Assembly: GCA_007116495.1 (NCBI GenBank)
Contig: SKIJ01000003.1
Location: 13,708 to 77,707 of the forward strand
Origin: Cryomorphaceae bacterium
Lineage (GTDB): Bacteria; Bacteroidota; Bacteroidia; Flavobacteriales; Schleiferiaceae
Direction: 5' to 3'
Length of the DNA: 64,000 bases
The translations under genes were made by a program, and so were the position numbers. Shown piece after piece: positions 1 to 9,890 of the stretch (the first letter of the stretch is position 1; each line of letters starts with the position of its first letter). The notes under the pieces are model-generated. The model saw only the letters and a program-made list of their open reading frames with translations. It was not told the origin of the DNA and did not search any database.

Positions 1-1
1 T

Positions 2-1717
2 GTAGAGTACACAACCGACGGAACGACGTACAACTTCCTCGACAGTTTGACCATCAACACTTCTTACCAAACATTCTTCTGGGATTTCACAGGAATGGGT
101 GCGATTGAAGATAACCCAGACTTTAAAATTCGCATCAACTTCTTTGGACAAAACACAGGAAGCAGTGGTAATAACCGCTTTGATAACTTTGTATTGGAAG
201 GTGAGCCTAAACCTTTTGTTCCCGTATACTCAATAGCTTCATTAAAATCCGTTGATGCAGACGGCGTGGCTGATTCACTGAACGTAAATTGTGCCATCGA
301 AGGTATCGTTTCCGGTGGCAATCTGCGCGGAAATGGGGTTGAGTTTTGGTTTATAGATTCTACCAACTCTGCCGGATTACTCGTTCGTCAACCCGGATTT
401 ACTGCTTACACTCCCAGTGAAGGTGATGTACTTCGTGTTTTCGGAAATGTTGGTCAATTTAGAGGACTAATACAATTTACGGTTGACTCCATTCAAGTAC
501 TAGACAGTGCATTTACGCTTCCCGCTCCGGCAGTAGTTACGGTGCTTGACGAGTCTACCGAAGGACGCTTGGTACGCATCAATGGCCTATCTTTGGTATC
601 GCCAACTCAGTGGACCGGTTCAGGTTCGGGATTTAATGTGGATGTTACCGATGGAACCAATCTCTTTTTAGCGCGTATCGTTAGCGCGATTACCCTTTAC
701 AATGATACAACTCCCACTACACCGTTTGACTTGATTGGGCACGGCGGACAGTTTTCTTCAACAGCGGGTGCACCTCACAATGACGGTTATCAAATACTTC
801 CCCGTTACAGCGAGGATTTAATTCCCGACACAACAGCACCAGTTGTTCCCATAGTCATCAATCGTTATCCCATTTCAAGCTTGCGTTCGGTAAATGCCGA
901 CGGAATAGCGGATTCACTCGGCGTGGCCTGCTCCATTGTGGGTATCGTTTCCGGCGGAAACCTTCTCAGCAACGGTGCGCAATTCTGGTTCATCGATTCT
1001 ACAAATACTGCCGGTTTACTGGTACGTCAGCCGGGATTCACCAACTATACGCCTACAGAAGGTGATGTATTAGAGATCTATGGAAACGTAAGCCAATTCC
1101 GCGGACTCATTCAATTCAGCATCGACTCATTGGATGTGTTGGGCGACAACTTTACCCTACCTAGCCCAGCTGTAGTAACAGAACTTGACGAATCAACTGA
1201 AGGGCGTCTCATTGAAATAGAAGACCTCGATGTGATTGACCCCAGTCAATGGACTGGAATGGGTACAGGTTTCAACGTTGATGTAACCAATGGTGTAGAT
1301 ACCTTCTTGGTACGTGTGGTTGAGCCCACAACCTTATTCAACGACTCCGTACCTACGCGCACATTCAATCTTCGCGGTCACGGAAGTCAGTTTACCACAT
1401 CAACACCTGCGTTAGACGGTTACCAAATACAACCACGCTACAGTGAAGATTTGATTTTCTCCATGAGTGTAGATGTTGAATCGTTGACGGAAATACGTGC
1501 TTATCCAAATCCAACCCAGCGTTTTGTAACGTTTGAACTAAGCGTAGCAGATCCGGCACAAATGGTGATTTACAATACAGCCGGTCAACTCGTTACAGCA
1601 ATGGATATCGAGCATGGATTGGCAACCATTGATACAGACAATTGGACTGCGGGTATGTACATTGCGCGCATTACACAAGGCAGTCATACCGTCACAGTTC
1701 GCGTTGTGGTTCAATAG
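2..1717 (+). CDS. Secreted T9SS cargo protein, 5'-truncated by the window edge. It has two tandem ~200-aa OB-fold-like modules followed by a type A T9SS (Por) C-terminal sorting domain.
   Basis: The reading frame is open from nt 2, with no stop upstream of the TTG at 47 listed in the ORF track, so the true start lies outside the window. Residues 61-260 and 274-471 are clear paralogues. The C-terminus 'EIRAYPNPTQRFVTFELS...ARITQGSHTVTVRVVVQ' has the usual T9SS CTD pattern. The module pattern (G.V......FWFIDST..G..V...G......GDVL...GNV.QFRGL.Q) resembles the OB-fold module of ExeM/NucH-type extracellular nucleases; this comparison is from memory and not searched. Confidence 0.8.
   Translation, partial: VEYTTDGTTYNFLDSLTINTSYQTFFWDFTGMGAIEDNPDFKIRINFFGQNTGSSGNNRFDNFVLEGEPKPFVPVYSIASLKSVDADGVADSLNVNCAIEGIVSGGNLRGNGVEFWFIDSTNSAGLLVRQPGFTAYTPSEGDVLRVFGNVGQFRGLIQFTVDSIQVLDSAFTLPAPAVVTVLDESTEGRLVRINGLSLVSPTQWTGSGSGFNVDVTDGTNLFLARIVSAITLYNDTTPTTPFDLIGHGGQFSSTAGAPHNDGYQILPRYSEDLIPDTTAPVVPIVINRYPISSLRSVNADGIADSLGVACSIVGIVSGGNLLSNGAQFWFIDSTNTAGLLVRQPGFTNYTPTEGDVLEIYGNVSQFRGLIQFSIDSLDVLGDNFTLPSPAVVTELDESTEGRLIEIEDLDVIDPSQWTGMGTGFNVDVTNGVDTFLVRVVEPTTLFNDSVPTRTFNLRGHGSQFTTSTPALDGYQIQPRYSEDLIFSMSVDVESLTEIRAYPNPTQRFVTFELSVADPAQMVIYNTAGQLVTAMDIEHGLATIDTDNWTAGMYIARITQGSHTVTVRVVVQ
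227..1459 (+). repeat. Intragenic tandem duplication: two ~600-nt units (227-826 and 866-1459) encoding paralogous ~200-aa modules.
   Basis: Aligning the two protein segments by eye (YSIASLKSVDADGVADSL... against YPISSLRSVNADGIADSL...; both end in DGYQI.PRYSEDLI) gives roughly two-thirds identical residues, with one small indel near the end. Confidence 0.85.
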
Positions 1718-1745
1718 CTTCTCCTTTTATACTTTTTTTTTTAAA

Positions 1746-1774
1746 ACACCGGATCATCTCCGGTGTTTTTTTTT
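1746..1774 (+). terminator. Rho-independent terminator after the T9SS cargo gene.
   Basis: Perfect 8-bp stem acaccgga / tccggtgt with loop tcatc, followed by a run of T residues. Confidence 0.8.
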
Positions 1775-2031
1775 ATATCATTATCTTGTTCAAATAACTC
1801 ATAAATAATACGCATACGTCACAAGAGAATAACTGAGACATCTTAAAAATTTATCGTCAACAAAAAAACACATCTAAACAAATCAAAGTTAATTGTATGT
1901 TGTATTTTTAGTCCGTGATTTAAATTTGAAATAACCGAATATAAAACTGCTACTGACGTTTAAAACAGGTTATCATTCAACTTAATCATTTGCAGCGTGC
2001 TGAATAAAACGTGTTTAATCAAAGTAGAACC

Positions 2032-4161
2032 ATGATAAAATACTACCTAAATCTATCGTGTATAATCTTATTTCTTACCTCGCTTGACGTAAGCGCTCAG
2101 AAGAACGTTTCGGTAAATGGTGAGCGCGTTCACGTCTTTTCCCCTCCTAATGCCTCGGTAGGTTATGACGCACACATTCAGCACTTAGAAGCTCCAACGC
2201 CTGGTGGTGAGAGTTATCGTGGGTTTCTGCGTGAGCAAAGAAAACGTGTGGCTGAGAATACGCCTATTCGCACTCCTCGTAAAACCACGAGCGAACGCGA
2301 TAGCACGTTGAATCCATTTGTGGAATGGGGTCAACGAAAATATCGCGTTTTCAGAAACGGGGTTGAGCAAGCAATTACCGGAGGAATACCCAACGACAAC
2401 ACACTTGCCATCAGCAACGATGGCATTGTTCTTTCGGCAGTTAACTCATTGGTATATGCCTACGACACAAAAAATGATACCAACTTGTTTGAGGATTTCA
2501 CCATTCCATTAGCGCAATTTGCACCGCCTATGGGCGTAGGGAATTTTTTCTACGACCCCAAACTACAATACGACCCCGAGGCGGATCGATTCATTTTAAC
2601 CTTTTTAGCAAACAATCGTCCTGAAAACTCCCGCGTACTATTTGCATTTTCTTCAACAAACGACCCCAGAGATGAGTGGTATAGTTACTGGCTTCCAGGT
2701 AATCCTCTCGACAATAACCGTTGGACAGACTTTCCGTGCATGGCAATTACCCCTGATGAAGTCATTTACACAGCAAACTTGATTGTTCCAGATACGACTT
2801 GGCAGGCAGGTTTTGACGGCTCTGTGATATGGCAAATTGATAAACATGCCGGATACAATGGCGACAGCATTCTCCCTACTCGACTATGGCACGATGTACG
2901 ACACAACGGTAAGTTTATTAGAAATTTACACCCGGTAAACGGTGCCGAAGGTGTAACCAAAGACGTCTACTTACTTTCAAATCGCAACTTTGACATAGAA
3001 AATGACACCTTTTTTGTCGCTCATCTCGAAGGAAAGCTGGATGATCCCAATGCACAATTAAATGTAAAGGCTGCAGTGAGTAATGTGCCCTACGGTCTTG
3101 CACCAAACGGCAGACAAGCAAACAGCGACCCCAATGATCCTACCGATGGATTAGACATAAATGACTCTCGCGTACTTGGGGCTTTTATTGAAAGTAATCG
3201 CATTCAATTTGTTGGAAATACCGTAAATCCTGCGACCGGTTTAGCTGCCATCTACCACGGTACAATCGAGCAGCCCGATCAAGCGCCCATTGTAACGGGG
3301 CACATCATTGGTCACGAGCAGCGCGATCTCGGCTATCCTAATATTGCGTGGACTGGTCAGCAAAACCGTCAAGCACAAGCCATCATTGGCTTCAATCACA
3401 CCTCGCCCACTGACTTTGCCGGTGTGAGCGCCATATACTATTCCAATGACTTTAAATATTCTGAAATCATAGAATTAAAAGCAGGATTCGACTACGTAAG
3501 TCGCATTTCGGGTTCATACGATCGCTGGGGCGATTACTTTGGGTTGCAACGCAAGTACAACGAACCCGATGTGGTTTATTCCGCAGGTTTTTACGGAATT
3601 GGCTCTCCAGGCGCCATAAAACCAAGTGGCACATGGCTCAGTCAATTACGCAGTCCGGATACGACGCAAATGCACGTTCAAATTTCTCCTTTAGAAACCG
3701 GTGCTTTATGTAATGGTATTTGTGAAGGCAAGATAAGAAATGGAGAACCGCCTTTTACCTATGAATGGGTATCTCATAATAACACAACCGGAGAGTTACT
3801 CTATGATGTTTGTCGAGGTGACACTGTAATTCTAAATGTTACAGACCAAAGAGGAACGGTTGTATCCGATACGATTGTAATGCCAATTTTTGAAACCGAT
3901 GAAAAGCCTTTAGCTTATCCCAATCCTTTTACAGATCGTGTAGCTGTTCAATTTACAATGCCTCAAGAAGCAGAAGTCAGTATTTTTATTTACAGTGTGA
4001 GCGGCCAGATCATTGATGAAGTCGTAAGACGCACCGTAAAACAGGGGCTTAACGAATTCACCTTTCGTACTGCTCCTTTATTGCCGGGAAATTATATCAT
4101 TCGGGCATTTTCAAACAACGAAGAATTGTTTGTTCGAAAAGTTACCAAAGGTGCATACTGA
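2032..4161 (+). CDS. Secreted protein of unknown function with a signal peptide, one SprB-repeat-like segment and a type A T9SS C-terminal sorting domain.
   Basis: The ATG at 2032 gives 'MIKYYLNLSCIILFLTSLDVSAQ', a signal peptide; the ORF track starts at the GTG at 2011. 'CNGICEGKIRNGEPPFTYEWV' resembles an SprB repeat. The C-terminus 'LAYPNPFTDRVAVQFTMPQEAEVSIFIYSVSGQII' is a T9SS CTD. The central part contains 'RWGDYFGLQ', possibly from a beta-propeller; that is speculative. Confidence 0.75.
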   Translation: MIKYYLNLSCIILFLTSLDVSAQKNVSVNGERVHVFSPPNASVGYDAHIQHLEAPTPGGESYRGFLREQRKRVAENTPIRTPRKTTSERDSTLNPFVEWGQRKYRVFRNGVEQAITGGIPNDNTLAISNDGIVLSAVNSLVYAYDTKNDTNLFEDFTIPLAQFAPPMGVGNFFYDPKLQYDPEADRFILTFLANNRPENSRVLFAFSSTNDPRDEWYSYWLPGNPLDNNRWTDFPCMAITPDEVIYTANLIVPDTTWQAGFDGSVIWQIDKHAGYNGDSILPTRLWHDVRHNGKFIRNLHPVNGAEGVTKDVYLLSNRNFDIENDTFFVAHLEGKLDDPNAQLNVKAAVSNVPYGLAPNGRQANSDPNDPTDGLDINDSRVLGAFIESNRIQFVGNTVNPATGLAAIYHGTIEQPDQAPIVTGHIIGHEQRDLGYPNIAWTGQQNRQAQAIIGFNHTSPTDFAGVSAIYYSNDFKYSEIIELKAGFDYVSRISGSYDRWGDYFGLQRKYNEPDVVYSAGFYGIGSPGAIKPSGTWLSQLRSPDTTQMHVQISPLETGALCNGICEGKIRNGEPPFTYEWVSHNNTTGELLYDVCRGDTVILNVTDQRGTVVSDTIVMPIFETDEKPLAYPNPFTDRVAVQFTMPQEAEVSIFIYSVSGQIIDEVVRRTVKQGLNEFTFRTAPLLPGNYIIRAFSNNEELFVRKVTKGAY

Positions 4162-4164
4162 TGT

Positions 4165-4572
4165 TTAGACATCCTCAAGACCAAGGCGAGTCATTACTTC
4201 GGGGTTAATAAAAAGATAAGAGTAAACCTCAAGATCTTTTGACTGAAACAATCGTATGTTATTAACCTCAAACGGTATAAAACCGGAATCATTGATGCGT
4301 TTTATCCCAAAACACTTGTCTTTTGTGTTCCAAAGAACCACTCCTTCTTCCCTTCCCTCCTCCTTGGTAAGCTCAAATTGAACAATATCCCATTCGTAAA
4401 TTCGAGTATTGTTTTTATCGTTTATGCCTGTATACTCATCAATTTGTTTATGCCCAATGGGCTGACCATTCCACCAGAATTCATTTTTGGAATAGAAAAC
4501 CATTCTTTCCGAAACCTGACGCTTAAAGCCCACTATTTTTTCATCAACGCGTAAACGATATTTTTTTTCCAT
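4165..4572 (-). CDS. YopX-like (phage-family) protein.
   Basis: 'MEKKYRLRV...' N-terminus, central 'EYTGINDKNNTRIYEWDIVQF' and C-terminal 'INPEVM' match my memory of the YopX family pattern (K.R.W..., Q.TGLKDKNGKEIYEGDIV, ...NIYENPELL). The ATG at 4572 is preferred over 4587. Confidence 0.55.
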   Translation of the reverse strand: MEKKYRLRVDEKIVGFKRQVSERMVFYSKNEFWWNGQPIGHKQIDEYTGINDKNNTRIYEWDIVQFELTKEEGREEGVVLWNTKDKCFGIKRINDSGFIPFEVNNIRLFQSKDLEVYSYLFINPEVMTRLGLEDV

Positions 4573-4602
4573 AACTACAAAACACACTTATTACAGAATG
4601 GT

Positions 4603-6006
4603 TTATTGCAACCATGCTTGTGGATCCATAACCTCCATGTCTTGCCAAACCTCGAAGTGAAGATGCGTTTTACCGCTCTCATCATCGGTGTATATACGTC
4701 CCAATGATTGTCCTACCTTAATGTTATCGCCCTTACTGACATAAATATCCTTTAGATTACTGTAAACAGTAAAATAATTTCCATGACTAACAAGAACCGC
4801 TTTGTTTGCTCCGGGAATACGTACAATTCTTGTCACTACCCCATCAAATACGGCTCGTGCATCGCTTCCTTTTTTCGTTGCTATATCGATGCCTTTGTTA
4901 TCAATCACTACCTGTTTTGCTACGGGGTGATTTTGTCTGCCATAGCGAGATACGACCAAACCTTGTTCAACCGGCCAGGGCAGCTTTTTCTTATTAGCAC
5001 TAAAATTGGCAGCTAATTGTTGATCTTCTACGTTAAGGGAAGGTAAAGAAGCCTCTGGAGATGCTTCACCTGCGGCCTTTCGTTCCGCCCGCGCCTTTTC
5101 AATCTTCTTATTCAGATCTCGATTTGATGTAGACGCTGTATAATCTTTACCCTTTTGCAACCCCAAACCATCGGCGTCGGATTCTAAGGAACGACGTTTG
5201 GCTTCCTCCTTTGCACGATTAATTTCCGCTGCAATTAACGTTTCAATTTCCTTATTTAGCTGGTCCCGTTGTTGTTGTTTACGTTCAATTTCTTTTTGTA
5301 TTTCCTTCTCCTTGCCCTTAAATGATGCCAATTGCTGCTTTTGATCTTCCCTTTCATCCTGCATTGACATTTGCTCAAGTTTTTGACGTTCGATGACCCT
5401 TTGTTTTTCCTGCGCCTTTTTCTCAATCAATGCTTTTTTTTCAATTAGCGTTTCTTGAGTTTGTTTAATACGATTGATTTGATCCTGTCGTGCCTTGGCT
5501 ATTTGTTTTAGATACTGTACTCGTTTTACAGCCTGAAAAAAATCCTGAGAACTAAAAATGAATGCTAATATCTTATCCCCTCTATGACTTTGCCTTGCTT
5601 TACGAATCATATTTGCATAAACGTCTAATTGATTGGCAAGGTACTCTTCCAATTCGGTTATTTTTTGTGCTTGCTCCTGACGTTCTTTTTCCAATAGAGC
5701 AACTTCACTGTTCAATGTTCTAATTAATTGGTTTCGTATTCTCAGTTTTTGATTTAATGCCTCTAAAGACGAGATGCTTTCCTTTTTATCAGCGCGCATT
5801 TCGCGCAGAATGGTATTAGCAAACTTTATTTCATCTTCCAAGCGAACCTTTTGTTGCTGCAACTGCTCCTTGCTTTCGGTTTGTGGAAACAAACCAAACG
5901 GCAGGCATAAGGCAATAACCAAAAAGGCATAAAAACTATAACGACTTGTAACCACGTGGAATAGAGAATGGATAGGTAATGGACGAAGCAGATTCGATCT
6001 TGTCAA
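4603..6006 (-). CDS. M23-family peptidoglycan metalloendopeptidase / EnvC-like murein hydrolase activator with a long coiled coil.
   Basis: Long Glu/Lys/Gln-rich coiled coil. The C-terminal 'GIDIATKKGSDARAVFDGVVTRI...GKTHLHFEVW' is an M23/LytM domain. The ATG at 6006 overlaps the upstream gene by 71 nt. A GTG at 5955, just before the hydrophobic signal segment YSFYAFLVIALCLPFGLF, is a plausible alternative start. Confidence 0.85.
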   Translation of the reverse strand: MTRSNLLRPLPIHSLFHVVTSRYSFYAFLVIALCLPFGLFPQTESKEQLQQQKVRLEDEIKFANTILREMRADKKESISSLEALNQKLRIRNQLIRTLNSEVALLEKERQEQAQKITELEEYLANQLDVYANMIRKARQSHRGDKILAFIFSSQDFFQAVKRVQYLKQIAKARQDQINRIKQTQETLIEKKALIEKKAQEKQRVIERQKLEQMSMQDEREDQKQQLASFKGKEKEIQKEIERKQQQRDQLNKEIETLIAAEINRAKEEAKRRSLESDADGLGLQKGKDYTASTSNRDLNKKIEKARAERKAAGEASPEASLPSLNVEDQQLAANFSANKKKLPWPVEQGLVVSRYGRQNHPVAKQVVIDNKGIDIATKKGSDARAVFDGVVTRIVRIPGANKAVLVSHGNYFTVYSNLKDIYVSKGDNIKVGQSLGRIYTDDESGKTHLHFEVWQDMEVMDPQAWLQ

Positions 6007-6682
6007 ATGTAATGTTTAATTGCAGATCACTATCGTTCACTTTTGAGGTAAACGAAAGCTCTGAAGGAATGATCTCAGAATGCTTAGCATAAGTAGCATA
6101 AATGCTTTGCTCTGCACGGTCAAAAGAAACCTCTTGTGATAAAAGTATATAATCATCTGCATCGAATCGCAATGCCATTAATCGGTCATCGGAGTTAACA
6201 GCGTACAACCACGCACCCATTTCTTTTTTCAAACCCTTTGATAATGATGGGTAGCTTATTGGTTTTCCGGTAAGCATGGCTTGTAAATCGTAAAAGCTAA
6301 CAGGTCCTCCAATTAGTTTCTGTAAATCTGAAATGGGACTCTTAAGGAAAGTCTTATCCAATCGGTTGTAAAACATTACACTGTCGGGGGTAATCATCGC
6401 ACGCGCTACCTTTATTCCCAGCATAGCTGCACTTACATCGATCCAAATGATGCTGTCTTGCTGATGTCGTAGGTCGATTTTAAACCCTTGGTTCATGCCC
6501 ATACCTTTAAATGTACCCTTTCCTCGTGCAAGTACAGATGTAGGTTTTGCATTAGCAACCTGAATAGCATTCACAAGCTCTAAATCATCTAATACATCGA
6601 CCTCGTCTACAGCCAATTTCTTTTTGGATGAACAGCCAATCCAAATGAAAACACTTAACAACAAGACTGTTAATCGCATCAT
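5936..6682 (-). CDS. Lipoprotein, DUF4292-like (LolB-like fold family).
   Basis: 'MMRLTVLLLSVFIWIGCSS' is a lipoprotein signal with a lipobox Cys. Its position between a TPR protein and an M23 peptidase is a gene order I recall as conserved in Bacteroidota. The ATGA overlaps the upstream stop. Confidence 0.6.
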   Translation of the reverse strand: MMRLTVLLLSVFIWIGCSSKKKLAVDEVDVLDDLELVNAIQVANAKPTSVLARGKGTFKGMGMNQGFKIDLRHQQDSIIWIDVSAAMLGIKVARAMITPDSVMFYNRLDKTFLKSPISDLQKLIGGPVSFYDLQAMLTGKPISYPSLSKGLKKEMGAWLYAVNSDDRLMALRFDADDYILLSQEVSFDRAEQSIYATYAKHSEIIPSELSFTSKVNDSDLQLNITFDKIESASSITYPFSIPRGYKSL

Positions 6683-8403
6683 TTTTGGTCTATTTTGGGT
6701 TGTATTTCATCTTTATCACCACCCAATTCAATGGCTTTTTTCCATTGAACAATGGCCTTTGATGTTTCACCTAGCGCATTGAGAATATCACCATAATGAT
6801 CTAAAATTTCGGGATCATAAGAACCGTCCATTAAATCCATTGCGCGCTCAATGATGTTTCGCGCTTCTTTATACTCTCCTCGAGCAAAAAGTACCCATGC
6901 CCAGGTGTCTAGATAAGTTGGATTATTAGTGGATATGTCGTTGCTCAACTTCGACATACGCAGTGCTTCATCCAATCGCTCTCCACGAAGGGAAAGATAA
7001 AATGCGTAATTATTGAGTGTAAGGGCATCACCTGGGTTTTCCTTGAGGTACAAATCGAAGTAATAATCGCTTTCTTCATGGTTTTCAGCACGATGATGTG
7101 CTTCGGCAAGTAATCTGTGAAACTCACTTTTCAGCTGAGGGTTGCCAAAGGTTATATCCAGTCCATCTTTGAGCACGGCAGCAGCAGCACTGTCTTTTTT
7201 AGTTTCTAATAGACCTACTCCGGTTAGTAAATGTATTTCGTTTTGATTGGGGTACATGGCCAAAGCATCAAGTCCATACCGCACAGCGTCGTCGTACTCT
7301 CTTCGCTCGAGTAATATACGAATGATTTGTAAATAGACCTCCTTTCGTTGTCCATCTTCAAGCGTTACAGCTCTTTGGTAAGATTTTAAGCCACGCTCTA
7401 AATCGTCTATGGCCATATAGTAATCGGCACGAAGAGTATGAACCTTTGCAGAGTTTGGGTGAAATTTCTCAGCGTAATCGAGCATATCTTCTAAACTCTC
7501 TTTGAGTTCGGGTGATCGGAACGATTCGTTAATGGTAGATATGATAACGTCTAAACGAACACTCTCCTCTACATCCGGGCTGCGCATACCACTTTTTAGA
7601 TGATGCATAAACTTTGACGCATCACCTTGAGAGCGGTAAATTTCTGCAAGATTAAAGTGTGCACGTGGGTCGTCCGGACTAAAGTCTAAAAGAGTATTAA
7701 AGGCCTCTATTGCCTTTGTATCCTTGTTGTTGGCTCGGTAGAAATTAGCCAGCACCCCCCAAAACTCAGGAACATTGGGATATGCTTTAACCAGTTTTTT
7801 GAGCTCGCGTTCTGCACGTCTTGGTTTATTAGCTGCAAGCCAGATGTTCTTTTTTCGTTCTGCCAAATCTGGAACGATACCGTGTTCTTTTTCAATGGCA
7901 TTTAACGCTTTGATGGCTTTTTTATACAGCCCTAAAGCCGCTAAGCACTCACTAATCTCCAAATCATAACGCAACCTTTCGGAATCAATGTTACGCAACT
8001 CCTCAAGAACAATAATGCGGTCTTCCCACATTTCATTCATGCGAAGCATATTTGAAAAGTGGCGTAAAATCCAAACATTATCTTGTTCCAACTCCGCCGC
8101 CTTATATGCGTGATGAAGGGCCTCTTCTATCTCTCCTTCATCAGCCAAGACTTTAGAAAGTTCGTAGTGAACAATCGATTCATCATCGAACACTTCTAAG
8201 GCTTCTCGCAATTTTTTAATCTGCTTATTGGGGTTTTCTGTTGCCCGCGCTGTAAATGCGGCAAATAGGCGCTCCTCAAACAACAATCGCTTACTTTCTA
8301 CCTCTCCACCAAAGGCAGAGTCGGTTTCCGTAGGCAATGGCGGGTCCTGAGCAAACGCAAGAACCCCACAAAAAACAAATACAAAAATTGAAAATCTACG
8401 CAT
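6679..8403 (-). CDS. Tetratricopeptide-repeat protein, secreted or periplasmic.
   Basis: Multiple TPR-like helical repeats, for example 'AHFNLAEIYRSQGDASKF' and 'TWAWVLFARGEYKEARNIIERA'. The ATG at 8403 gives the signal peptide 'MRRFSIFVFVFCGVLAFAQ'. The track start at 8439 would overlap the upstream gene by 44 nt. Confidence 0.8.
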   Translation of the reverse strand: MRRFSIFVFVFCGVLAFAQDPPLPTETDSAFGGEVESKRLLFEERLFAAFTARATENPNKQIKKLREALEVFDDESIVHYELSKVLADEGEIEEALHHAYKAAELEQDNVWILRHFSNMLRMNEMWEDRIIVLEELRNIDSERLRYDLEISECLAALGLYKKAIKALNAIEKEHGIVPDLAERKKNIWLAANKPRRAERELKKLVKAYPNVPEFWGVLANFYRANNKDTKAIEAFNTLLDFSPDDPRAHFNLAEIYRSQGDASKFMHHLKSGMRSPDVEESVRLDVIISTINESFRSPELKESLEDMLDYAEKFHPNSAKVHTLRADYYMAIDDLERGLKSYQRAVTLEDGQRKEVYLQIIRILLERREYDDAVRYGLDALAMYPNQNEIHLLTGVGLLETKKDSAAAAVLKDGLDITFGNPQLKSEFHRLLAEAHHRAENHEESDYYFDLYLKENPGDALTLNNYAFYLSLRGERLDEALRMSKLSNDISTNNPTYLDTWAWVLFARGEYKEARNIIERAMDLMDGSYDPEILDHYGDILNALGETSKAIVQWKKAIELGGDKDEIQPKIDQK

Positions 8404-9415
8404 TAGGTTCAAATTCCATTTGGGTATAATCGCCAACACTCAATCGATTCCAGCGTCCATCAACTTTAGCGTTATTGCCAATCATTGACTCTGTCAGTTT
8501 GATATGCTGAACGTTGGAGAGGCTCATGACCATACTGTTGTTAATTTCTACGCGATTCATTTTTGTTTTACTGCCTATAGATACGTATGGACCTACAATG
8601 CAATCTTTGAGTTCCGCACCTTCTCCAATATAGCACGGTGGAATAACTTCGGTATTTTCTAATTTCACAGAAGGATGAACCAAATTAGGCTCATCTTTAA
8701 TAAACTGTAAAACTTTACTGTTGGTTTCTAAAACAACAGCCTTATTTCCGCAATCCATCCAATGATCAACAACACCGGTGGTAAACACCATATCTTTGTT
8801 TTTCATGTTTTCAAGTGCATCAGTGATGGAGAATTCCCCCTTATGGGTAATGTTATTGTCAATGAGATATTGTAATTCACTCCGCAAAACGGCACCATCT
8901 TTAAAATAGTATATACCTATGATGGCTTCATCCGAAACAAACGTTTGCGGCTTCTCTACAAAGTCGGTAATGACACCTTGATCGTTCATTTTCACAACAC
9001 CAAATGCACTGGGGTCTTCCACTTTTTTTGTCCAGATAACGCCATCTGCTTCACTATTAAGTTTAAAATCTGCGCGAAACAATGTATCGGCAAATGCAAC
9101 AACCACGGGACCGCTTAGTGATTCTTTTGCACACAATATTGCATGGGCCGTACCGAGTGGTTCGTCTTGGTATACAATATGGCCCTTTGAGCCTAGTGAT
9201 TGCGCTATGGCCTTTAAGTCCTTCTCCGTTTCGGGTCCAAAGTCACCAATGATGAAGGCTATTTCTTCGATATCTTCGCCACTAATTTTAGCAATATCTT
9301 CAACGAGTCGTTGAACAACAGGTTTACCGGCAATGGGAGTAAGTGGTTTTGGAACTGTGAGTGTGTGTGGACGTAGTCGAGATCCCCGACCGGCCATTGG
9401 AACAATGATTTTCAT
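8396..9415 (-). CDS. Sugar-phosphate nucleotidyltransferase with a C-terminal left-handed beta-helix.
   Basis: The N-terminal 'MKIIVPMAGRGSRLRPHTLTVPKPL' is the G.G.R nucleotidyltransferase signature. The C-terminal part is hexapeptide-like. Confidence 0.8.
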   Translation of the reverse strand: MKIIVPMAGRGSRLRPHTLTVPKPLTPIAGKPVVQRLVEDIAKISGEDIEEIAFIIGDFGPETEKDLKAIAQSLGSKGHIVYQDEPLGTAHAILCAKESLSGPVVVAFADTLFRADFKLNSEADGVIWTKKVEDPSAFGVVKMNDQGVITDFVEKPQTFVSDEAIIGIYYFKDGAVLRSELQYLIDNNITHKGEFSITDALENMKNKDMVFTTGVVDHWMDCGNKAVVLETNSKVLQFIKDEPNLVHPSVKLENTEVIPPCYIGEGAELKDCIVGPYVSIGSKTKMNRVEINNSMVMSLSNVQHIKLTESMIGNNAKVDGRWNRLSVGDYTQMEFEPNA

Positions 9416-9443
9416 GAATGATTGATTATAAATATAAGATTAA

Positions 9444-9890
9444 TTAATTTCCTGTGTGTCCAAATCCTCCCGAACCACGAACGGATTTAGGCAAACTCGC
9501 AACGCTTTGCCATTGCACTTGCACATACGGTGCCACAACCATTTGGGCTATTCGATCACCATTATTAATGTTGAACGGTTCGTCGCTATGGTTTACTAAA
9601 ATAACACCCACATCACCTCTGTAGTCGGCATCAATGGTACCGGGTGCGTTGAGAACGGTTATCCCATGTTTAAGCGCTAAGCCAGAACGCGGGCGTATTT
9701 GTGCCTCGTATCCTGCCGGTAGTGCTATCTGCAGCCCCGTAAGGATCAGTTTTCGTTCTCCCGGTAGCAATTCAATTCCTCCATCTGGAAGCCATGCCCG
9801 CAAATCCATGCCCGCAGACTGTGCCGTTTGATAGTTGGGTAAATCGTGATTCGTACTGTTGATTACCGATACAAGGTTATCGTTTTGCAT
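9444..9890 (-). CDS. dut: dUTP diphosphatase.
   Basis: 'SAGMDLRA', '[12 protein letters not shown]', '[15 protein letters not shown]' and '[10 protein letters not shown]' are dUTPase motifs. Confidence 0.95.
   Translation of the reverse strand: MQNDNLVSVINSTNHDLPNYQTAQSAGMDLRAWLPDGGIELLPGERKLILTGLQIALPAGYEAQIRPRSGLALKHGITVLNAPGTIDADYRGDVGVILVNHSDEPFNINNGDRIAQMVVAPYVQVQWQSVASLPKSVRGSGGFGHTGN

Noticed and set aside
4603-6006. Repetitive Glu/Lys/Gln-rich stretch in the M23 peptidase gene, considered as a possible DNA tandem repeat.
   Set aside because: It is a compositionally biased coiled coil, as in EnvC-like proteins. I could find no exact nucleotide-level tandem units.
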